Of a stretch of DNA of 64,000 bases, positions 53,585 through 64,000 are shown in pieces; the stretch's first letter is position 1; every line of letters begins with the position of its first letter. The DNA is from Balanoglossus misakiensis. Lineage: Eukaryota > Animalia > Hemichordata. The stretch covers positions 988,922 to 1,052,921 of the forward strand of contig CM082579.2 in assembly GCA_040954595.2 (NCBI GenBank), written 5' to 3'. The notes under the pieces were generated by a model, which was not told the DNA's origin, made no database searches, and saw nothing but the letters and a program-made list of their open reading frames with translations. A program made the position numbers and the translations under genes.

Positions 53585-56500
53585 CTAGAGACAGACAGCC
53601 AAATGAGCAAAGTTGAAATATTGCAAGATTTATAGCAAATTTTCCAAGCATAGATAGTAAGTAAAATTCACATAGCATAATGAAACTTTCCCAATGCTGA
53701 TGGAAAGTTATGCGAAGGTTTGTTTAATTAATGTAAAATTAATAATGTCCAGTCCTGAAAGTGAACAAGATAGGTCATCAAGTTCAATGACAAGTCTAAT
53801 TAGACCTATTTCATTAAGCATAAAAGGGTACTTCATATGATCCAACTGTTTTTATGTAGAGTATAGACATTTTCTGATCAAAAACAACTCATTTTGTTTA
53901 GAAAAGTCAAGGGTGTGTTGTTTTCTGAAACCTTTTAGCATATGGGTTTATTAATATCAATCATCACTAATGGAATTGAAGAGGAGTGGGTTGTGGACTT
54001 GCCATACAAACTTGTTTTTCTGCAGTTGATATCATCCAGCAGGCATTTTGGTTTTTCTGATTTTACGGAATCTATATCTGCCATTCTTTGACAGCGAAAG
54101 GCTGTCGTGCCAATGATCTAGATCTGCATCGATCACTCCGGGAATTTGAGCGGAAAATACCAGACGGGATTCTGGTGCTCACTGTTGTGACTACCTTTAC
54201 ATTGGAGACCACTGAAATTCCACGGGCAAAGATGAGTCTCTGAGATACAGATAACTGTCCCAATAACATCTAAAATCTATGTTGTCTTTTCACATTCAAT
54301 ACATACAGGCCCCCATCTATGGATCGCAAACTCCAATTCTACATGCTTTATAAATATTTGTCATATCATGATAGAATATTTTCTTGTTGATAAAATCACA
54401 GGCTTGTAGACTCTAAATGAGTTGGACCAAAATCTCTATATTAAAAGCGGTTTAAGTGTTTAAGACAGGATTCAACTTTCGAGCCTTAGCAACGAACTTG
54501 TTATTCTCTGCTGCAATTGCGAAGAATTATTGTCAAAGCTGTTGATTTTCCAACTCATATGAAAAATCAATCATCGCTTTTGCTGAATGATTGAGTTTAG
54601 TTGTACCGTACATTTTTCTGCAAGGTCACCGGAATGCAAAGATAAATAGTTGTGTTTTTGCCATACATTTCACATCTGTACTTTTTCACATCTTACAAAA
54701 CACAGTCAATCCCTTGAGATTAGTATTTAATGTCAAGGCTCCAAAGACACAGTTTCAATTCCATGAAAAATTCCCCATGACACAGGATACCATATACAGC
54801 AAAACAAATGGAATTTTCACAGTTATTTAGGTCATGGATTTCTATCTTACATTAAAGCCATATCAAACCAACCTTAATTATAAAACCATGTTACGTGTCT
54901 ATGTTAAGCATGTTTTATCAGAATGCCTGTAAAATTTCTGAAATGCATAAGACTGGCTGACATGACCGGAAAAGTACGTACAAAATATCACTTTAGCAGC
55001 TAAATTGAATAGAAATGCAATTTTGAGCTCGATGTTTTTCAGTAGTTTCATGTTTTCCTTTCTTTATTTTCCCATTCATCCTTTTTTAAAATTTGAGATG
55101 TGTAGGTGATCATTCAATTTCTACTGGTCATAAATCTTTATTACTGCTCGGTAGCGATACTTTGACACATACCTCCTGTATTCGTGAACATCAATTCTTT
55201 TGGGAATCATGACTTCTCACTTCTATCTCCCTGTCATCTTTTAACTGATAAGCTCATTAGTTTTATATTCATTCAAAGTCATACCTCAAGGTCACATACC
55301 TCCCAAAACTAATGATCAAGTCTCCTGCTTTTGGGTCTTTACAGTTATGAGTTCCAGTTTCCTCATTATTTCTCATCACACACTATCCCCCCTGGACAAG
55401 CATATCATACTTTTAATCTTTGCTGTTTTCCAGTGTATATATATGCCACACTTCACTGCTGCAACATCTTCCAATCATCAGTACTGTTTTCCAGATTCGA
55501 AACCATTTTGCCATTAGGAGTGACTTGATTTCAGGGTTGCTTGAATCAGGTTTTAATGACTACTTCTTTCAGAGGTCGGTAATATAAAATGTTCTTCTGT
55601 CATAGATACACTCCATATTGATTCAAAAGTTATCAGACACACCTTCCTTGACAGATCCTTCTCATTCCATGAAGCTACCTGTTGGTTCCCCACTAACTAT
55701 CATTTACCACATAGACCTGACAGTGTTTCCATTATCACCTATTGTAGCAGTAAAAACTCCATATTGAAAATTGTCAATGCTTGGAGGGTTTCTCGCACTG
55801 TGTAATTCCAAAAAAGGAAAGATAAGGAGATTTCTGGGAAAGCATTAGAACACATGCTGGCAAACTCATAAAAAGACGCTATAGTCTGCCACATTGAAAG
55901 CTTGGGAATGACTAGATTGGAACATAAAATCTACAGAGTTTTATCGCTGTGACACATCCATTATAACATACATCATCACTTTTTTATCTCATCACCATCA
56001 ATACAGTCACGTACATGTGCCAGGTTGGTCTGTTCTATATGACCAGTACTGCTACAAAAGTACTACATGAATGATGAATACAGTATTTGAAACTTGCTTG
56101 ATATTTTTTCTTCTTCTAATTTTATTGAGCTGCGGGCCAGAAATGCTTCTACAGTAGTCTTAATTTAAAACGTGCTGCTCACCAAGTAGTTTTTAAAAAT
56201 GCACAAAGAAATATTTTCAGCTTGAAATACTACAGTGTTAGCTTAGAAAAATGGTTATCTCATATGTATACCCAGATGCCTGTATACATCAGTTTAAAAT
56301 ATACGGTTATATGCATTTAGATGTGATATCGACTTACACAAACCTTGACGTGAATTCCTAGAAAATTAGGCACACCAACATTCCTAGAAAATCATTACAA
56401 ATGTGCCAACAATAGGATCAAATCAATTTGGTAAAAACCCAATATTGAATCAAAAATGGTTTCCAACAGGAAAAACAGGCCAATGACATCAATACCTTAC

Positions 56501-58545
56501 AGAAAATTGATGGCATATTCTTACTTTAAGTTTCTCTTGACTAAATGGACCATGCAAAGGACATCATATGATTGAGCTGATAAATCAATTTGGCAATATT
56601 CTGACAGGTTTTATCGCTCCATAGATGCTCAATAAATTCGACATCCAGTGTGGTATGTATTTTGACATCAGCAGGATGTTTCCTGTATTTTCAATTAAAC
56701 TTGAGTGACGATCATCTTATGCACATTTGCTAAATTTTGTGTGCACAAACATTACATCCAAATGTTCTGCAAATTTTGTGTTCGACACATTCAAATAGTG
56801 TTACAGCCTGACAGACCTGCAGAAAACCATGTCCTACCATTATAATAAATTATATTACCTTCAACTGTGATTTGAAATTTTTTTCCTGTTAACTTGAATA
56901 TAGTTCGACGTGCTACCAGAGGGTGCTTCCTGTTGAAAAGGAATTCTGAACACAGTTCAAATCTGTATCGCCACAGGTTGCAGGCAAATAATAAGATTAA
57001 CTGCTCTAAGAGCTGTAGACACATTAGAGATCTTGTGAATAAAGCACTGCATGTCTTCAGGTTATTCTATTTTTAATACAAAATTTCACATTTGTTGCAA
57101 ACAGAGTAGCCTAGAGCCATGACAACGACCAAGGCGGTCTGATGATGACAGACCTATACCTGTAAGGATTGTGGAATTACTTCAAAGCTGGAAGGTCTGA
57201 CGACTAGAGCATGCATTTAAAGTCATTCTGTTGGCTCGTATTACTGCAGAGATGAAGTTCTGGATTGCTAAAATTACTCTAGATGCATTTATGCACAGTT
57301 AGAAAATGCTCAGCCCACATAGTTGACTTCAGGTCCCAAGGAATTGACTTCTACTTGCAATCGTTCAATAATTTCACAGATAATAAAACACTCCATGAAA
57401 ATTTGTCATAATATTATAGAAATAACCGTGGAGCATTTGACACATCACAACATAAAACACCACGATTTCAACTTGTATTTTAATCAGCAACTTGATTACA
57501 AAGACTCAGTTTTAACAAATTGAAATAATGAATGTGATATCCACACACACCGTCATTCAATAAATCAGTCAATGAATTGACTTCAGCCCAGAAGAAGTGG
57601 CAGTAATTTGGTCAAACTCACCCCCACATTTTTCCCTTCAGATGTCTAAGATAGCTTAACTATGATATATTCCTCTCAATAAACTTCATTTCTTTAGACT
57701 CGCTGCGGTAATTCCGCAATAAAACACACCTGTCTTTTCGAGAAGGAAAGCGCTATCCCTTTAATATAACAATTTATGTCCTTATACTCTTTTGAGTTTT
57801 TCAATGCTGAAGCTGTATGTCATTTGTTATGCTTCAACCATTTTGTATTGAGTATCCGGCTGTTTCACTTTCACTCAAATAAATCCAAAGAACTCAAATA
57901 AGTGTTATTCATCAGCTATTTAGCTTTGAGGTCATACTTGCAGTTGACAAAAACAGTCAACGCAAATCTCAGGTGGATGCATGCATTGCACCATGGGGCA
58001 TATGTCTATCAGGAAGGACGGAAGGACCTTGTGTTGTGTCACATGTAATCCAATACCAAGTACACCAGAGAGAAAACACACAGCGTGTGTCCATGCACCA
58101 ACAGGGATTATACAGCCTTGCTGCAGGGACTTCCTGGTGACAGACATGTCAGAAACCTGTAAAGTTGATATTGAAAGACCTTGTCCTCATATCACTAACA
58201 TCATGATGAAGAAGTCTGCAGTGTGAAGTTTTATGGTATCCACGGCTACAGTATAATCAACTGCATCCTTCAGCCATACCTGTTGATTGATTTGAAGCTG
58301 TGAAAGGTTTCCATCACACTTTACAGGCTACATGTCATTTCTATTGATAGCTAAAAAACTGCAATACTTGTACATGTATCCCGCAGTTTCATCCAATCAA
58401 AAAAGTACACCTCCGCTTCACTTCAGAAACTGTAATTCTTAAATCTTCAGACTGTATCAAGTAAAGCGATTTGATCAGTAAGGGTTATCTTTACATCAGA
58501 AAGTGGTGCTAGGCTATCGAGCATGTCACCGTTTTGCTGAACTTT

Positions 58546-58556
58546 ATCATCATCAT

Positions 58557-58610
<54 letters not shown>
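58546..58610. repeat. (ATC)n microsatellite
   Basis: A run of atc units with one interruption. Confidence 0.95.
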
Positions 58611-61600
58611 TCCTCATCATCACAATGTTCAGTGTATATGAGAACACAATAACAGTGTCTGTATATACGCAAGAATTTCCTGTTCCTCTTCAAGAGCACT
58701 GAAGCAAAGAATAGAATGATTTCAAGCCATAAAAGTCCATGTCACAAGTACTTCCCCTTCACCAAATGAAGCCTACTTCTGTCAGACACCATGACTGATG
58801 CCAGGCAGTGTGATGAAAACCTTTGGCAATTGCGTTTGCCATCAATCATATGCCCCGTCTAACCTTGCCACTATGGGCTGTCAAAATGTTCATTGAATAA
58901 ATCCCCTCTGAAATCCCTAGTGGAAAATCACCAAGTGTGATGGATAACATTGCCCCACAGTACTTCGTTATAGGTTTTATGTGTGGTTTGGCATACTTTT
59001 TTACTGCATACCCAGTGAATTTTAATCATAGTTTATTTTGCCGAGTTTCGAGTGGATTTATTGGGAAACAGCAAAGAGTATATTGGCTATGTGGTCTTTC
59101 CTTCTCATAAAACTTGGATTACTTTGAAGTATCATCATCTCTCGTCTAAGCCCAATTGTCACAAACTGCGACTAGCTTTGCATAAATTGACTTTTGCCAT
59201 GTGTAAATGAGGTGGGAGATTGGCACAGTCAAATCAGAATGTCAACTTTATATTTTCCACTACATGCACTTGTTTTATTTTACCTGAGAATGAAATTTGG
59301 ATTCTTTAAGCCAATATTATTACACATGCCATCAAGCCAATCCTTTCACAGGGGCCCGAGCCTCCTGGGTGATCCTGTAAAAGACAATCACGCTGTGTAA
59401 GACCACCATCCACAAATCTCTCTCCCATTGTAGTTCAAGTATGGTGTTCACTTCAGCATTCGTTCTGCTCAGCCGACCAGAAAACAGAAACTGGCACCCA
59501 GACTGTGATGCATTTTTCCCCAATTCTGATACAGTACCAAGCCTTGTTCTATAAATTCTCCCAGTCAAGTGTGAAATTGGATACATAGCATCCATCTGAC
59601 TCTAAAATAGCAGAGCAGTAACCGACTGTACAATCTACACATCTAATTAGATTTACAATTAGATCTAATTAGATATATAATTGGACCTTTTATTGGTAAA
59701 CAGCAGAAGGAGCATATAGCCTATCTAGATAAAACCAATATATTCAAAAAGGTTCCTCTTTTCATTTTGCCTGATAGCAACAGCAGCTGCACAAAGTTAA
59801 TACACCGTAGGGTACTTCGGATCCCAACGGGTAATTCAGAATAATCTCTTGGCAGAAAATCCCATCGGCTTTCTCCCTACCTTAAATCAACCCCTAAATA
59901 GGGCTTGTGTGGTCATCTGGTGATGTGATAAAAAGCAGATTAAAAATTTATCAATTATTAAGCTAAGTTCAACTACAGGGAATTTTGGTGGATTTATCTA
60001 CAATGTGTTGACTACGTCAGAAAGTTTGCTTGCTGATTACCATCCAGACACTAAGTGTTATTATCCTTTTTATGCATTTTTAATTTATATATGGCCATTT
60101 TAATCAAACGACTAATTTAAAATTCATACACTAAGGATTGTGGGTCATACATCTATCACAAGTATGTTTCATTGGAATTTATGCAAATTTACCAATGACA
60201 TACTTAACCTTGAGAATGTGCACCTGTCCGACTTGTGACTGGAAACCGAGTTTTGTAGAAATCAATGACCATAAAATCAGCGATGTTTAAAGACAAACTG
60301 AGACACAGAAATGCATTTTATATTGATTTGTCTATGCCTAAAAGCCAAATAACATATATGAGGAAATGTTGACCAAAGTCTCATTGTTTGAACAATAAAT
60401 GGATCTTCGGAAAGAATACTGGCAGGTGGCTTGAATTGTGAAATGTGCTGAGACTAACAAATCCGCAAATTTGAACATGATGGTGGTTGAAAGGTACATG
60501 TAGGCAATTATTAACCCTTGCTGCAATTTGTTGGCAATGTTGACCGACTGACCAACTGGTTGACTGTGAATGTTTAGTGTTTCATGTCAGCTCTCGTACC
60601 ATACATGTACCTTTGACAGAAGTGTTAGATGGAGTTCGGGAAAACAAAATGTTGAAAGCTTGAAAGAAACCTGTGAATCTTCTAAAATCACTGAACCCAA
60701 AAAACAAACAGTTTTCTATTCATCAAAGTGATAGGGGGTGTGGTTTTTCGCACATTACAAGTCATAATTTATGACATTCTTGATTCAATTGGCTTTTTGT
60801 CATTCATCCTTCAAGGAACTTCAAAACACAAAATACAAGTGGTATGTATGTCTAACTAAAGTGCTTTTGTATTGCATGGTACACAGAGTTTAAGCAATGC
60901 CTTACAGTAAGTTACTGTTTGAAGCGTGAAGTCTGCCCGATGTCAATGTCTGACAGTTATTTACAAGAACCGTACTTTGATTTCAAATCATTATATCATT
61001 CAGTCCACTTTTCAACCATTTCTGCCTTTCTGAAAGGTTTACACACACAGCTGTTACAGATAAGATGATAGAAGCTGTTAGCAGTTATAACCAAAAGTGT
61101 ACATTTTCACAAACTACATATCAGGAGTCATTATCAAGGTATTAAAACTATTATGTGGTCTAGACATCATTTCCTGTCATTTGTTAATTTCACATGTATA
61201 TGCTAATTAGATTCCAGCAGCTTGTAGTATTTAATTGATTGTCATTTCAATATAAACTGAAACTAATTCCTTGTTAAAATAATAAACCTACTCCACATAA
61301 TTGATCTAGTCAAAGTTCTGATAAATTCATTAAAATATTGTGTTTGCTTTTCTGTACTATTGTGAGTTTTGATTAATGGAAAGTGACAATTAATCTTTGT
61401 TTAATGATAGATGTGAAAATAGTCAAACGTCATATCTTTACTGTCTTACGAGCGATACTGAGTGTTTTTTAATTGTACCTCTATCATCTCAATCATGGTG
61501 CCAGACATAGCTGCTTTATAAATGCCAAATGATATCTGCTGATGATATTTTTCTTGAGTCTTTCCAGCTGTTCCTAGAAGGAAGAAATTGTTTTTCTGGA

Positions 61601-64000
61601 AACTGACATAATCACAACACAAACATGTCTGTCTTGAGGCTGTCTCTTGCATGTAATCAATTTTAATGATATTAAGGAAGATACTTATCCTTCGGAGAGT
61701 CAGGAGCTGATAGCAAAGAAGCCTGAAGGAAAGTGCAATGGTCGTCAAATTATTATAAACCTAGAGCAGTCAGGTAAACAGCTGATGATTTTTCATTAAA
61801 CCACCATCCTGACATCAATAACAGAGACCAGGATTTTCCTGTTGATAAACCAAGGTTGTATTTTTTTTTCCAGATAGGAAGGAAATTTGCGGGAATGTCT
61901 TTTAACAAATCTTATCAGGATTTTAAACATGTTCAGGATGTTCAGAATTTGATCTATGGAGCTATTTATGAAATATTATTAGTGCATTATTTTATAATTT
62001 TGCATAAATATGATTGACAGAATTTAATTCTGGCATTCATTTTACCTTGGTTTCCAACACAAAGGAATTGTTTATAGCAAGTAGAATTCTTAAGTCTCTA
62101 TCAAAAAGCTAGTGGGAGCAGAGCCATATGTGAATGTTTTCTGAGAATCAATAAGAACACATAACTATATTCATAACATCGATCAAGCCACCATTATTTT
62201 TCTTTTAATATGTTAACATCTCATAAATCATGAAATTTTCTCACTTGGAATTTATCATCCTTTCTTAAGATTCTAAAAACCAAACAATACTTGATGTGAT
62301 CGATATTTCTACAGCAATTTAATGAAAGGAATGCCACAATGTTCATAAAACTGTCACAGTCAGTCAGTTCCTGCTACCAACCATAGATTTTGCCTGACTT
62401 GTCAATATTAATACATTTTCTGTGTCCTATTAACCCAGATAAAGTTTAATAAACTTTAGTTGCTATTAAAAATTCATTGATTTTATTTGGGGATGTGGTT
62501 GTGTTTACGCCTAAGTAAGTTTCTTGTTAGTGGTTTTGTAAAATACCATATTAAAAAGCTTCATGCTGAGTAAAGTCTGTTTAACAACCAACAAACAAAT
62601 AGCTGTCGACACTTATTTTTTAACATTAGGAAAAGTAGAGAAAAACTCGCTATTTCTCATTCATTTTTGCAATAAAAGCTGCTTTCCATGGCAACCGAGT
62701 AATTTCATTTCTAGAAAAGCTTTCAGCTGCATGGACAACAAAATGTGGGAATAATTTTCCATGCACAGCAGATGCGACAGAGAGAGTGGATTATTTGATT
62801 ATTTAGTTTAGTCAAAAAACTCCCTGGTCCGTTTGCATGCGACTAATCTGCCTATTAACTCAAAGTCAATGGAAGGGAAATAATTGATAAAAGTGTGGAA
62901 GTCGTTGCAATCTGACAAGCAATTAAATATTTCAAAAGGCTGCTCTCTACTTATCCGTTTGTGGGAACAAAAAATGCCTTAAGGATTCAACTTGACGCAG
63001 GAAATAAATTTTGCCTTAGTACCATGTTTACAGTACAGTATTGATTTTATTACTTATTTGAAACTGTAAATCATGCTATATCTTGAGTTCGTCACTGACG
63101 TCATTTATTCTCATCCAAGTCTGTGATTATGGTTGTCCATGGCAACAAACAGTCCCTGTGTAAAGTTAACATTCACAAATATGAAATGAGCTAACATCAT
63201 TGCTGTGGATTTGAAGGCAGTCAATTTGAAGAATGAACTGTTAGCAATTGTCTCCTCATTCCATTTTCAAGTCTATCGTTTCATCTTTGACTCATGGCAA
63301 TCATTCTCGCAAACCAGAGTCTACCTCCAACTCTGAAACCGTTGCCGTAAAGCAGTCCTGGTTTGCAACGATGATGGCAATTAGTAAAACAGCCACACAC
63401 GACTATCTCTTCTCAATATAATGCAAGAATAATTTATGATAGAAGTGATCTGACAGACAACGGGCACCATATCCCTGTTGACATCGATACCTCTGATGAA
63501 TTATTACTCTCATTTGCTTGCAGCCCGTCTTTTTTTCCCGGCAGCTGTATTTCAAAACTACATGCAAGCATTATTTCTCAGAAAGTACCTCAAAGCAATC
63601 CATTTTAACGATTTTCCGTTGGCCTTGATACTTATGAGAATCTTTTCCATTTTAAAAAACGTTCTCTTAAAGCATTTTTTCCCTGATTATGAAACATTGA
63701 CTGCATCAGTGATTCTTTAACATGATGTCCGACAGTCTCCCAATGAATATGAGTCCATTGAATATACTGTTGTTATGCTATTAAGCACTGTTTTATTAGA
63801 AATCACCAAGCATCTTGTCTATCTTTGTCAGAGAAAATGTCAAATTTAACGCAGTCGTAACTCCCAGTGTCTGCTTCACTGATTTCACAGCACGGTTACC
63901 TGTGCATTAAGTCATGGGAAACTGAATTCGTCTGACAGAATTAACATCTTTTCATCACTTCTAATAGGGTGTGTATCCCAAGTAGCACACTTAAAAAATA

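Noticed and set aside
54072-54269. Possible first coding exon of the RhoGAP
   Set aside because: In-frame donors exist but are weak, and there is no recognisable homology or promoter support.
58447-58647. Poly-Asp ORF
   Set aside because: Translation of the (ATC)n microsatellite.
38000-64000. Many 60-115 aa ORFs in the large introns
   Set aside because: No domain motifs, many non-ATG starts, and lengths expected by chance. No tRNA, rRNA or transposase signatures were seen.

Overview
AT-rich eukaryotic genomic DNA from an invertebrate animal; the species cannot be determined from the sequence. The first 26 kb is gene-dense with short introns: ABCE1 (+, 5'-truncated), MCTS1 (-, with one U12-type intron), CWF19L2 (+), FBXO8 (-), CEP44 (+), a ~200-bp tandem-repeat block, and a two-domain soluble epoxide hydrolase EPHX2 (-). 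The rest is one large ARHGAP6-like RhoGAP gene (-) whose first exon was not located. The most striking feature is an intronless 564-aa gene nested antisense in the intron that splits the RhoGAP domain. It looks like a type II membrane SGNH/GDSL-fold protein whose catalytic His is replaced by Asn. Other observations: all 14 CWF19L2 introns are phase 0; two ribosome-recycling genes are adjacent; the FBXO8-CEP44 head-to-head pair matches the human arrangement; the EPHX2 phosphatase motif is altered; and the RhoGAP intron holds an ERE-like minisatellite, a perfect 18-bp hairpin and a MITE with an 8-bp TSD. Exon coordinates were derived by hand from splice signals and frame continuity. Comparisons to human proteins and map positions are from memory and need database confirmation.
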